A stretch of 32,000 nucleotides of DNA from Pseudomonas aeruginosa (GCF_001457615.1 NZ_LN831024.1:4380001-4412000); one strand, 5' to 3'. Shown: positions 12,108 through 21,428, counted from the stretch's first letter. Notes: generated from the sequence alone by a model not told the origin. Made by a program: numbers and translations.

Positions 12108-12989
12108 TCAGTTGCCCTGGGCCAGGGACAGCAGGCTGGCGCGCTGGGTATAGAGCACTTCGACGCGACGGTTCTGGGCGCGGCCGGCAGCGCTGGCGTT
12201 GTCCGCGCGCGGCATGTCGGAACCGACCCCCTTCAGGCGCAATTGGTCGCCTTTCAGGCCGCTGAGGCGGAAGATCGCCGCCACCGACTGGGCACGCTCG
12301 AAGCTCAGCTTGTCGTTGACCGCCTTGCTGCCGGTGCTGTCGGTATGGCCGAGTACCAGGATACCGCTCTGCGGATCGGCCTGGGCCATCTTGGCGACCT
12401 TGCCCAGCGGGTTGAGGGTGATCGGCATCAGCATGGTGTGGCGCTTGGGATTGAACGAGTAGTCGGCGGGGGCGATGACGATCAATGCGTTGTCGCGGCG
12501 TTCGAGGGTGAACTCGCTACCGGCGATCGCTTCGCGCAGGGCTTTCTCATGGGCATCCAGCCACTCCTTGGTGACCTTCTGCTGGACCAGTGCCGGCTTG
12601 CCCGACGCCTTGCTCGCCGAGCTGGCGCCGAACGGCCACCACCAGGGGTTGGCGGCCTTCGGCTCGGCTGCGGCGGCGACTTCTTTCTTCGCCGCGGCGA
12701 TCTCGGCCTTCTGCTCCGCAGCCTTGGCGGCTACGTCCCGACCGCCTTCGTCCTTGCCGAACGGCCACCACCAGTGGCTGGAGCCGACATGCTCGGCTTC
12801 GGCCTTCTGTTCCGTGGCCTGCTTGGCGACGGTCTGTCCGTCGTCCTTGCCGAACGGCCACCATGAATGGCTGGAAGCCTGCTCGGCCGGAGCCTTGGCT
12901 GGCTGCGAGGAAGCGTCCTGGGTCTGGAAATAGCTGCAGCCGGAGGCGGTCATGCAGAGAAGAAGCGTCGAGGTCTTAAGCAGTTTCAT
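12108..12989 (-). CDS. OmpA-C-like (peptidoglycan-binding) lipoprotein with three W-W-(W)-P-F-G repeats
   Basis: 293 aa. Signal peptide with Cys (MTASGC). Lys/Ala/Glu-rich linker carrying [18 protein letters not shown] and [10 protein letters not shown]-terminal OmpA domain ([11 protein letters not shown]...[13 protein letters not shown]...NRRVEVL). Confidence 0.85.
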   Translation of the reverse strand: MKLLKTSTLLLCMTASGCSYFQTQDASSQPAKAPAEQASSHSWWPFGKDDGQTVAKQATEQKAEAEHVGSSHWWWPFGKDEGGRDVAAKAAEQKAEIAAAKKEVAAAAEPKAANPWWWPFGASSASKASGKPALVQQKVTKEWLDAHEKALREAIAGSEFTLERRDNALIVIAPADYSFNPKRHTMLMPITLNPLGKVAKMAQADPQSGILVLGHTDSTGSKAVNDKLSFERAQSVAAIFRLSGLKGDQLRLKGVGSDMPRADNASAAGRAQNRRVEVLYTQRASLLSLAQGN

Positions 12990-13194
12990 ACGTCGGGGTC
13001 CGTTGGAAGTGAAAGAAGGCGAGCCCGATGGAACATTCGGCTCAACCGCCGGTCACATCGCAGCGATGCCGGAGTCGATCCACTGCCCCGGCAACGCCCT
13101 ATCTCATACGACGCTTTAGATTGTGTCGCTAAGCCATTATTTGGCAATGAAATTTAGCGTCGAGCCGACAAGCGGTTAAAAGTTAACCAACGGA

Positions 13195-14340
13195 TTACAG
13201 ACACTCCCCCGCGACACGCGCCAGCTGCTGCGCCCGCGGATCCATCAGCACATACGGCCCCAAGGCGTTGCTGACAAAGGAAAAAGCCAGGTCGCGCTCG
13301 GGATCGGCGAAGCCGATCGAGCCACCCGCCCCAGGGTGGCCGAAGGCCTTGGGGCCGAGTCCGTAGGTCGCATTGGCCACGCCCGGTTGGTCGAGCATGG
13401 TGCCGAGGCCGAAGCGGGTCCGGGTCAGCAAGGTCCGATCCTCGCCTACCGCGTGTTCGTGGGCCAACTGGCCCAGCAGTTCATCTTCCAGCAAACGTCC
13501 CCGCAACAGGCCGCTATAGAAGCCGGCGAGCGCGCGCGCGTTGCCATGGCCATTGGCGGCCGGCTGCTGCATGCGTCGCCATTCCGGCTTGTTGGTGCTG
13601 GTGAGGATCGACGGCGGATTGGTGAAGGCACGGGTGGTCAGCGCCAATGGCTCGCTCATCATGGTCTTCAGCATGCGCTGGGCGGCAGCGTCGCCGAGGC
13701 TGCCCTTGCTCCGTGCCATGTGGGCGACGCGGCCGAACTGGCTGTCGTCCAGGCCGACATGGAAATCCAGGCCCAGCGGTGCCGCGGTGCGCGCCACGAT
13801 GGCCTCGCCCGGCTCGCGGCCGTCGACCCGGCGGATCACCTCGCCGAGCAGCCAGCCATAGGTAATCGGTGCATAGCCGTGCGCTTCGCCAGGCGTCCAC
13901 CAGGGCTCCTCGGCGGCCAGTGCCGTGGTCATCGCCTGCCAGTCGTAGAGTGCCTCGGGCGGCATCTGCTCGCGCAGCGCCGGCAGGCCGGCGCGATGGC
14001 AGAGCAACTGGCGCACGCTGATCGCTGCCTTGCCGGCCGCGGCGAACTCGGGCCAGTAGCGTGCCACCGGCGCGTCCAGTTCGAGCTTGCCCTCGGCCAC
14101 CAGTTGCAGCACGGCAACGGCGGTGAAGGTCTTGGTGCAGGAGAACAGATTGAGGATGGTGTCGCGCTGCCAGGGCTGCTCGCCGTCCTTGTCCGCGACG
14201 CCGCCCCAGAGGTCGACCACCGTCTCGCCACCGACCTCCAGGCACAACGCCGCGCCGCGCTCCTGCGGATTGTCGAAAAGCCGGGCGAAGGCCTCGGCAA
14301 GCGGGGCGAAACGGCTGTCACAGTGGCCTTGGGGCGTCAT
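13195..14340 (-). CDS. Serine hydrolase of the class-C beta-lactamase/EstB esterase family
   Basis: 381 aa from Met-67 of ORF 13195..14538. It carries the S-x-x-K motif (LFSCTKTF) and overall beta-lactamase-fold esterase similarity. The start codon choice is uncertain. Confidence 0.8.
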   Translation of the reverse strand: MTPQGHCDSRFAPLAEAFARLFDNPQERGAALCLEVGGETVVDLWGGVADKDGEQPWQRDTILNLFSCTKTFTAVAVLQLVAEGKLELDAPVARYWPEFAAAGKAAISVRQLLCHRAGLPALREQMPPEALYDWQAMTTALAAEEPWWTPGEAHGYAPITYGWLLGEVIRRVDGREPGEAIVARTAAPLGLDFHVGLDDSQFGRVAHMARSKGSLGDAAAQRMLKTMMSEPLALTTRAFTNPPSILTSTNKPEWRRMQQPAANGHGNARALAGFYSGLLRGRLLEDELLGQLAHEHAVGEDRTLLTRTRFGLGTMLDQPGVANATYGLGPKAFGHPGAGGSIGFADPERDLAFSFVSNALGPYVLMDPRAQQLARVAGECL

Positions 14341-14449
14341 GGGCAAGTTCCGGTGGGAAAGTGGTCGGGGCATTCTTCCAGCCCTCGGCGGCCTTGTGAA
14401 CCCTGACATAAGAGGGGTTCGCCGCAAGCGGGCGGCGGTGAATGCGCGC

Positions 14450-16699
14450 TCATGAACCGGCTGAATCCTCGCGCGGCGGCAGAGGCTCGACGGCAGGCAT
14501 GGACCTGGCCATCGCCGACAGTCGCGACAGGGCGGCAAGGTTGCTTCGGCGCACCGTGTCGACGAAGCCGGCGAACGGCAAGCCCGTGATCCCGACCAGG
14601 CCGATATGGCCGTTCTCGCCGTCCAGCAGACGCCCGCTGGCCGGTTGGTCGAGGTACTGGAACCAGTGGGCGCCGACGATATACGGACTCTTCAGCGCCG
14701 CCTCCAGGAACGTTCGGTAGGAGTCGCCGCGCGCCCGCTCATTGGCCGCCTCGCTGACACCACCCCAGAACGGACCGCGATCCCGCGAGCCGAAGTGGAA
14801 CTCGCTGATCAGCACCGGCTTGTCCAGCCGCGCCAGCAGGGAGTCGTCCAGGCCCTGCCCGGGCAACGGCGTATAGAGGTTGAAACTGAGCAGGTCGCAA
14901 TACCGGGCGCAGGAGGTGATCGCCTCGGGAGTGCTGACGGCGAAGCGGCCGCCGAGCAGGAGGTGGTTCGGTGCGTGCCATTGCAGGGCGTCGCGCAGGG
15001 TCTTGAAGTAAGCGTCGGCATACAGCCGGAGGAAGGCGCTGTAGTCCTCGGCGATGGCCGGATGCCCCTCGCCCGGCAGCGGAGCCGCGTAGCCCGGCGC
15101 CTCCAGGGCCTCCCAGGCGGCCAGCTCGATGCCCCAGGCCTCGGCCAATGCCTCATGGCCCAGGTACTTGGCTTTCAATTGCTTGACGAAGGCGCGCTTC
15201 GCCGGACTGTCCATGGACAGCGTCAAGGCTCCGAAAGCGAGGCCGTAGCGCGCCTGGGCCGAGCCGTCGCGCCCGGCCCAGGCCAGTTCGTTGTCGGCGT
15301 AGTAGCCGAGCAGCCAGGGATCGTCGCGGTGGTCGCGAGCAGCGATGGCGATGACGCGCTCGGCGGCCATGGCGAAGCGCGGGTCGAAGGGATCGGGCAT
15401 GGCTCCCCACCAGTCGAAACCGCTGCTGACCGTGGCGTAGTCGCCGGCGATCGACAGCGGCAGGCTGTAGGGCATCCGCGCCTGTGCGGCGAGCGCCGGA
15501 TCGCTCCAGTTGCCGAGGCTGTTGAAACCCCATGCCGAGAGGCGCTCCAGGGTGCGCTGGCGCCATTCGCCGGCGAGCTGGTCGGCACTCGCCTGGGGAG
15601 CGATGCGCTGGCGATTGGCACCGAGGAAATCGAACCAGCGGCCATGCCCGAAGCGCCGCCCGGCCTGCGCGGCGACGCCGCGGCGGTCGTCGCCCTCACC
15701 GAAGAATGCGGCCAGCGGCTCACCCTCCGCCGGCAGTTCGGCGAACATCGGCTCGCGTCCCTCGACGTAGGTCCGGCTGCCGTCGGCGGTCACCGCATTA
15801 ACGCCCAGCGACCAGAACGGATGTCCTTCCGGAGTAACCAGCCACCAGCGCCCGCCACGTTTTTCCGTGCGGAAGAAACCGCTGGCTTCGAACACCGGCC
15901 CACCCAGCAGGCCGCCGAAACGGTCGCGCGCCGGTGTCTGCCGCTCCCAGTCGCGGAGCTGTGCGGCCTCGGCCGCATAGGCGCTGCGCAACTGTTCGTC
16001 GGAACGAATCTTTTCCGGCCAGTCGGCGCGGCTGTACTGGCCATAACGATCGATCAGGCCGGTCAGGATGCTCCGCTCCACCGCCCTCCCTGCGCGTATG
16101 CCGAAACGTCCGAGCAGGATGCTCTGGGGAGCTTGCGGCGAGCGCAGGGACAGGCTCAGCGCCCCGACCCTGGCGCGGTCCAGCGAGCCCTCCACGCGTG
16201 GCGCCAGCAGCATCCGCTGGCCTTCGACCATCTGCGGCATCGGCGGCCCCGCACGCATGCCCAGAGCCTCTGGCGAAACCGCCCGCAACGGCACCAGCAG
16301 GGTCTGCGGCGGGCCTGCCGGAAGCTCTATGGATGCCTGCAACCCCGGCGCGCCCTGCTCGCCCTCGATCGCGACCTCCAGGGTCATGTCCCAGCTCATG
16401 GCGTTCTGGATGCGCAGGCTCACGTAGTCCGCTGCGGACCAGTCCCAACGGCCCTGCGCCGGACTCATGCGCAAGGTGGGCCGTTGCGCCGGGCTGAAGG
16501 TGACGCGACGGAGAATGTCGCCCTCCGGGGTGGCCTCCGCCGTCGCGCTGGGCAGGTCGGCATCCTCAAGGGTGATGCCGACCACGGCCATTGGCTTGAC
16601 GAAGTTGAACAGCACCTGCTGAGTGTCGCTCGCCGCCAGCGGCGTGGCCACCGCGAGCAGGCCGAGAAGCAGGGGAAGATGCCAACGCGAACGGATCAT
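14450..16699 (-). CDS. Secreted protein, putative clan GH-A (TIM-barrel) glycoside hydrolase with an N-terminal beta-rich domain
   Basis: 749 aa from MIRSRWHLPLLLGLLAVATPLAAS (signal peptide). Candidate catalytic motifs are YYADNELAW (Asn-Glu acid/base) and VLISEFHFG (nucleophile Glu). The family assignment is inferred, not verified. Confidence 0.6.
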   Translation of the reverse strand: MIRSRWHLPLLLGLLAVATPLAASDTQQVLFNFVKPMAVVGITLEDADLPSATAEATPEGDILRRVTFSPAQRPTLRMSPAQGRWDWSAADYVSLRIQNAMSWDMTLEVAIEGEQGAPGLQASIELPAGPPQTLLVPLRAVSPEALGMRAGPPMPQMVEGQRMLLAPRVEGSLDRARVGALSLSLRSPQAPQSILLGRFGIRAGRAVERSILTGLIDRYGQYSRADWPEKIRSDEQLRSAYAAEAAQLRDWERQTPARDRFGGLLGGPVFEASGFFRTEKRGGRWWLVTPEGHPFWSLGVNAVTADGSRTYVEGREPMFAELPAEGEPLAAFFGEGDDRRGVAAQAGRRFGHGRWFDFLGANRQRIAPQASADQLAGEWRQRTLERLSAWGFNSLGNWSDPALAAQARMPYSLPLSIAGDYATVSSGFDWWGAMPDPFDPRFAMAAERVIAIAARDHRDDPWLLGYYADNELAWAGRDGSAQARYGLAFGALTLSMDSPAKRAFVKQLKAKYLGHEALAEAWGIELAAWEALEAPGYAAPLPGEGHPAIAEDYSAFLRLYADAYFKTLRDALQWHAPNHLLLGGRFAVSTPEAITSCARYCDLLSFNLYTPLPGQGLDDSLLARLDKPVLISEFHFGSRDRGPFWGGVSEAANERARGDSYRTFLEAALKSPYIVGAHWFQYLDQPASGRLLDGENGHIGLVGITGLPFAGFVDTVRRSNLAALSRLSAMARSMPAVEPLPPREDSAGS

Positions 16700-16801
16700 G
16701 AAGCCTGTTTTCCTTAACTCCATCCCGGCCTGGGCAAATGCCGGGAATTCCTGATGCGGCTCGGACGTGAAGGCTGGCGCCCTCCCGCGCAGGCCAGCGC
16801 G

Positions 16802-18946
16802 TCAGGCGATTTCCCGGCGGAACGGCGGCAATGCATTGAGGATAGCCTTGCCGTAGCGCTGGGTGACCACGCGGCGGTCCAGCAGGGTGATGGTGCCGCG
16901 GTCCTGCTCGGTGCGCAGCAGCCGCCCGCAGGCCTGGACCAACCGCAGCGAGGCGTCTGGCACGGCGATCTCCATGAACGGATTGCCGCCGCGCGCCTCG
17001 ATCCACTCGGCCAGCGCCGCCTCCACCGGGTCGTCGGGTACCGCGAAGGGAATCTTGGCGATCACCACGTGTTCGCAATAGGCCCCCGGCAGGTCCACGC
17101 CTTCGGCGAAACTGGCGAGGCCGAAGAGCACGCTGTCCTCGCCGTCGTCGACTCGCGACTTGTGCTTGTTCAGGGTTTCCTGCTTGGACAGGTTGCCCTG
17201 GATGAACACCCGCTTGCGCCAGTCGCGGTCGAGACCGTCGAAGACTTCCTGCATCTGCTTGCGCGAGGAGAACAGCACCAGGCTGCCGCGCGCGCCCTTC
17301 ACCAGTTCCGGCAGCTCGCGAATGATCGCCGCGGTGTGCTCGGCGGCGTTGCGCGGATCCGCCTTGAGGTCGGGGACCCGCAATACCCCGGCCTCGGCAT
17401 GGTGGAAGGGGCTCGGCACCACCGCGGTGACCGCGTTGCGCGGCAGGCCCGCGCGCATGCGGTAGCGGTCGAAGGTGCCCAACGCGGTCAGGGTCGCCGA
17501 GGTCACCAGCACGCCATAGGCGACGTTCCACAGGTTGCGGCGCAGGGTCTCGGCGGCGAGGATCGGGCTGGCGTTGGCTTCGATGTCGTAGAAGCTGCCG
17601 CTCTCGGCGAGGGTCAGCCAGCGCGCCATCGGCGGGCTGTCCTGCGGGTCCTCGCAGGTGAAGGCGGTCCACAGTTCCCAGTTGCCCTGGGCGCGCGCCA
17701 AAAGACTACCGAACAGCGGGTACCACTCCTCCGCCTGGTGGCTGGCGATGCCGCCGGCGCCTTCGCCGTCCATCGCCTCCTTGAGGATATCGGTGAGGCG
17801 GGTGAACAGGTCGGTCAGCTTGGAGAAGCCTTTCTTCAGCTCGATGCCCATCTCGCGGATATGCTCGGGGACCACCCCGCCGACGAAACGGTGACGCGGC
17901 CGCTCGCGACCTTCCATGTCCTCGCCGGCGCGGAAATCGCCGATCTCTTCGCAGGCGGTGAACATGAACTGCTGCTGGGTCTTGATCTCCCGGGCCAGCT
18001 CCGGCACCTGTTCGATCAGGCGGCCGAGGTCGCCCGGCAGCGGGTGCTGGGCGAGCAGCTTGGTGAGGTTCTTGGCGATCTGCTCCAGCCAGTCGGCGGT
18101 AGCGCGCAGGCGGGTGAAATGGGCGAAATGGCCAATCGCCTTGTCCGGCAGGTGATGGCCCTCGTCGAACACGTAGAGGGTCTCGCGCGGATCGGGCAGG
18201 ATGGCGCCGCCGCCCAGGGCCAGGTCAGCCAGGACCAGGTCGTGGTTGGTGACGATCACGTCGACCTTGGTCATCCCTTCGCGCGCCTTGTAGAAGGCGC
18301 ACTGCTGGAAGTTCGGGCAATGTCGGTTGGTGCACTGGCTGTGATCGGTGGTGAGCTGCGCCCAATGCGCGTCGTCGATCGCCTCCGGCCAGCTGTCGCG
18401 GTCGCCGTCCCAGCGGTTGCCGGCCAGGCGTTCGATCATCTGGTTGAACAGCTTGCTGCTGGTCTCGTCGACATCGATGTTGAAACCGTCGTCGGCGAAC
18501 AGTTGCGCCGTCGCGCTCTGCGCCTGGCCTTCCTGCAGCAGCACGTCGAGCTTGGACAGGCACAGGTAGCGCCCGCGGCCCTTGGCCAGGGCGAAGCTGA
18601 AGGCCAGCCCGCTGTTGCGCAGCAGGTCGGGAAGATCCTTGTGGACGATCTGCTCCTGCAGGGCGACGGTCGCGGTGGCTATCACCAGGCGCTTGCCACT
18701 GGCCTTGGCGCAGGCGATCGCCGCCAGGCTGTAGGCCACGGTCTTGCCGGTACCGGTTCCGGCCTCCACCGCGACCACCGCCGGCTCGCCCTCGCGGTGC
18801 CCCTCCTCGTCCTCCTTGATCGCGCCGAGGGCCTTGGCCACTTCGGCGATCATCAGGCGCTGGCCATAGCGAGGCTTCAGCTCCTTGGCTTCGAGAAAGC
18901 GGGTGTAGGCACCCTGGATCTGGGACTTGAGTTCGGCGCTGAGCAT
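16802..18946 (-). CDS. dinG: ATP-dependent DNA helicase DinG (XPD-like Fe-S helicase)
   Basis: 714 aa from the internal ATG at 18946. Walker A AGTGTGKT, DEGHHL box, four-Cys Fe-S cluster region (CLSKL...HSQCTNRHCPNFQQCAFY), and colinear DinG length. Confidence 0.92.
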   Translation of the reverse strand: MLSAELKSQIQGAYTRFLEAKELKPRYGQRLMIAEVAKALGAIKEDEEGHREGEPAVVAVEAGTGTGKTVAYSLAAIACAKASGKRLVIATATVALQEQIVHKDLPDLLRNSGLAFSFALAKGRGRYLCLSKLDVLLQEGQAQSATAQLFADDGFNIDVDETSSKLFNQMIERLAGNRWDGDRDSWPEAIDDAHWAQLTTDHSQCTNRHCPNFQQCAFYKAREGMTKVDVIVTNHDLVLADLALGGGAILPDPRETLYVFDEGHHLPDKAIGHFAHFTRLRATADWLEQIAKNLTKLLAQHPLPGDLGRLIEQVPELAREIKTQQQFMFTACEEIGDFRAGEDMEGRERPRHRFVGGVVPEHIREMGIELKKGFSKLTDLFTRLTDILKEAMDGEGAGGIASHQAEEWYPLFGSLLARAQGNWELWTAFTCEDPQDSPPMARWLTLAESGSFYDIEANASPILAAETLRRNLWNVAYGVLVTSATLTALGTFDRYRMRAGLPRNAVTAVVPSPFHHAEAGVLRVPDLKADPRNAAEHTAAIIRELPELVKGARGSLVLFSSRKQMQEVFDGLDRDWRKRVFIQGNLSKQETLNKHKSRVDDGEDSVLFGLASFAEGVDLPGAYCEHVVIAKIPFAVPDDPVEAALAEWIEARGGNPFMEIAVPDASLRLVQACGRLLRTEQDRGTITLLDRRVVTQRYGKAILNALPPFRREIA

Positions 18947-18999
18947 GGAATTCCTGGGCCCGGCGCGCAGCGGAAGACGAATCCGCCGGCGCGCCATAG

Positions 19000-19015
19000 C
19001 TGGATAAATTTTCAG
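19000..19015. promoter_or_regulatory. LexA (SOS) box CTGGATAAATTTTCAG
   Basis: CTG-N10-CAG with an AT-rich core, close to the gamma-proteobacterial consensus CTGTATAAATATACAG. It is centred in the 129-bp divergent region between dinG (ATG 18946) and the CopD-like gene (ATG 19076). A TATGAT -10-like hexamer lies at 19033..19038. Confidence 0.7.
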
Positions 19016-19075
19016 TGGTTCGACAGGGCGGCTATGATAACGCGCTTCGTCACAACCGCCAGCGGAGATCGCCGA

Positions 19076-19540
19076 ATGACCCCCTACGCCCTCGTCTACG
19101 CCCTGCATGTCCTGGCCGCCCTGGTCTGGGTCGGAGGCATGTTCTTCGCCTGGACGATTCTTCGTCCGGCGGCCGTCGCCGCGCTGGAGGCCCCAGCCCG
19201 CCTGGGCCTGTGGCTGGAGGTGTTCCGCCGTTTCTTCCATTGGGTCTGGGCTGCGGTGATCCTGCTGCCGATCAGCGGCGTCGGCATGCTGCACCTGAGC
19301 TTCAACGGTTTCGCCGGCGCGCCGCGCTACGTACAGGTAATGATGGGGCTCTACGTCGCCATGCTGGCACTGTTCCTGCGGGTGCAGGCGCTGCAAGTGC
19401 CGGAACTGCGCCGCGCGGTGCAGGCCCAGGACTGGCCGGCAGGCGGGCAGGCGCTGGGGAAGATCCGCCGCACCGTCGGCTTCAACCTGCTCCTCGGCCT
19501 GTTGCTGATAGCCCTGGTAGCGGCACGCCCGAGCCTCTGA
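19076..19540 (+). CDS. CopD-like 4-TM inner-membrane protein of unknown function
   Basis: 154 aa, with GGAG 8 nt before the ATG. HVLAALVWVGGMFF resembles the CopD-family first-helix motif. Four hydrophobic segments. Confidence 0.65.
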   Translation: MTPYALVYALHVLAALVWVGGMFFAWTILRPAAVAALEAPARLGLWLEVFRRFFHWVWAAVILLPISGVGMLHLSFNGFAGAPRYVQVMMGLYVAMLALFLRVQALQVPELRRAVQAQDWPAGGQALGKIRRTVGFNLLLGLLLIALVAARPSL

Positions 19541-19578
19541 ACCGGCGATGCGCCGGAAGCCGTGCTGCCGGCCTCTCC

Positions 19579-20388
19579 TCAGAAGCGCACGACGTCCAGG
19601 CTGCCGTCGCTGCCGTTGGTGCCGTTCGCGCCGTCCTCTCCGCTGCGCCCCGCACGACCGGCATCCACCGAGTAGATCCAGCAACCGGTGGCGTTATCCG
19701 CCGCACCCGGTTTGCCGGCCTTGCCTCCAGCGCCGCCGACGCCGCCTTGCAGACGGGTTTGCAAGCGCTCCAGAGGAAAATCGCCCGGCACTTCCAGACG
19801 AATCCGACCGCCCGCCCCGCCCGGACCGCCGTCGCTTCCGGATTGGCCGTCGCCACCTTTCAGCGCGCTGCCCCAGAGGCAGCCGGAGGCCTTGCCGGAA
19901 GCCCCGTCCAGGCCATCGTAGCCTGGAGCGCCGACGCCACCGCGGGCGTCCAGCAGCAGGCTTTCCACCTCCACCGCCTGCAGGCGCAAGGTCAGGTCGC
20001 GGCCGTTACCGGCGCTTTGCCGGAAGGTGCCGGTCGCGCCGGGCGCGGAAATGATGCTGCCATCGGCCAGGCGGCCGCTGACGACTTCGATGCTGATTCG
20101 CTCCTCGCCTGGCGCCACGCCGATCCGGGCGTTCTTCGCCATGTGCAGTTCCTCGATGCGCAGGACGCTGACCTCCAGCGGAATCAGCAGGGCGGCATCC
20201 TCGCCGATCTCCACTCTGCGCAGGCGCAGCTCCTGGGCCCGCTTGGGCAGGCGCATCACCGAGTTCGCCTGCACCTTCACGGTTCCGCCGATACCCTGCT
20301 GGCGTGCCGGCGGCGCCTCGGCCGAAAACGCGGCGCCAGCCCAGGCCAGGGGAACGACCAGGAACAATCCGAGCATGGCCTTACGCAT
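19579..20388 (-). CDS. Secreted glycine-rich protein with short collagen-like G-X-Y runs
   Basis: 269 aa. Signal peptide MRKAMLGLFLVVPLAWAGAAFSA. Repeated modules such as LTLRLQAVEVESLLLDARGGVGAPGYDGLDGASGKASGCLWGS and GRAGRSGEDGANGTNGSDGS. The start overlaps the upstream gene by 8 nt. Confidence 0.7.
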   Translation of the reverse strand: MRKAMLGLFLVVPLAWAGAAFSAEAPPARQQGIGGTVKVQANSVMRLPKRAQELRLRRVEIGEDAALLIPLEVSVLRIEELHMAKNARIGVAPGEERISIEVVSGRLADGSIISAPGATGTFRQSAGNGRDLTLRLQAVEVESLLLDARGGVGAPGYDGLDGASGKASGCLWGSALKGGDGQSGSDGGPGGAGGRIRLEVPGDFPLERLQTRLQGGVGGAGGKAGKPGAADNATGCWIYSVDAGRAGRSGEDGANGTNGSDGSLDVVRF

Positions 20389-20680
20389 GATCGTCCTCCT
20401 TGTCCTGCGGTAACTCGCTGGCCGGGCTCAACGCCGGCAACGCAAGCATGTGGAAGACCCCGAACAGCAAGACCTGGAGACGATCCAGCCAGGGATGCGC
20501 GCGCGCTTTCAGGCGTCCTCCGAGGACGAGAATCTCGATCAGGTGGATCAACAGGATCAGGCCGCCGGCTATCGACAACAGCCAGTTCAGCGGATAGGCG
20601 AACGGATGCAGCAGATTGACCAGCACCGCGCCCCAGAACACCAGGGTCACGAGCTTGCCCAGCCCGAGAAACGCTTTCAT
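20381..20680 (-). CDS. Small inner-membrane protein, DUF1145/YijD-like
   Basis: 99 aa from the internal ATG, with a GGGGGGAG RBS: MKAFLGLGKLVTLVFWGAVLVNLLHPFAYPLNWLLSIAGGLILLIHLIEILV.... Three hydrophobic helices. The family call is from recollection. Confidence 0.6.
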   Translation of the reverse strand: MKAFLGLGKLVTLVFWGAVLVNLLHPFAYPLNWLLSIAGGLILLIHLIEILVLGGRLKARAHPWLDRLQVLLFGVFHMLALPALSPASELPQDKEDDHA

Positions 20681-20795
20681 GGAACTCCCCCCAAGACATC
20701 GTGTGCGGGGGAACATACTCGCCAGCCCGCCGCGGCGCCAGCCATGAACGAAAACGGGGGCTTCGACGCCCCCGTTCTGCTCCGCGCCGCCTGCG

Positions 20796-21428
20796 TCATT
20801 CGCGCTTGATGAGGATTTCCACCCGGCGATTCTCGGCCCGCCCTTCGCGAGTCTTGTTGTCGGCGACCGGCTGGCTTTCGCCCAATCCCTGCACGCCGAC
20901 GATGATGCTCGAAGGCACCCCGGCATCAATCAGATAGTTCGCAACGGCATTCGCGCGCCGTTCCGACAGCTTCTGGTTGTAGGCATCGGAACCGACGCTG
21001 TCGGTATGCCCGGTGATACTCAGGCGCGTACTGGCCGCCTCGCCTTTCAGGCGTTCGGCGATGCCGTTGAGCTTCTCGCTGTCGGCGGCGTCCACCTTCG
21101 ACGAATCGAAGGCGAAGTGCAGGTCGCGCACGACAATGGTTTCTTCCTTGACGACGGGAGGCGGCGGCGCGACTTCCTCGACCGGCTGCGGAGGCGGCGG
21201 CGCGACCTGTTCGCCGGCACCGTGCACCCAGCAATAGGCGGCACCGACGCCACCGCCGATCAGGGCGCCCCAGCCGGCCCAGCTGCTGCTTTCGATCGCG
21301 CCCAGGCCGGCGCCGGTAACACCACCGACCGCCGCACAGGTCGGCCAGTCGCTTTTCTGCAACCCTGCGCAACCGGTCAGCAAGCCGCTGACCAGAATCA
21401 GGGGTAAAGCGGTCCTCGTGATGCTCAT
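20796..21428 (-). CDS. OmpA-C-like lipoprotein with glycine-zipper and proline-rich linker
   Basis: 210 aa. Lipobox LLTGC. Glycine-zipper segment GGVTGAGLGAIESSSWAGWGALIGGGVGAAY. Linker PPPPQPVEEVAPPPP. OmpA domain (ITGHTDSVGSDAYNQKLSERRANAV...NRRVEILI). Confidence 0.88.
   Translation of the reverse strand: MSITRTALPLILVSGLLTGCAGLQKSDWPTCAAVGGVTGAGLGAIESSSWAGWGALIGGGVGAAYCWVHGAGEQVAPPPPQPVEEVAPPPPVVKEETIVVRDLHFAFDSSKVDAADSEKLNGIAERLKGEAASTRLSITGHTDSVGSDAYNQKLSERRANAVANYLIDAGVPSSIIVGVQGLGESQPVADNKTREGRAENRRVEILIKRE

Noticed and set aside
14606-16717. A 703-aa ORF on the + strand.
   Set aside because: It is antisense to the signal-peptide GH-like gene. It has no RBS or domain features and a skewed Arg/Gly/Ala/Gln composition.
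16754-19540. A 928-aa ORF on the + strand.
   Set aside because: It lies antisense to dinG for most of its length. Its sequence is an Arg/Ala/Gly/Gln-rich, low-information translation typical of the complementary frame of high-GC genes. Only its last 154 codons (19076..19540) look like a real gene.
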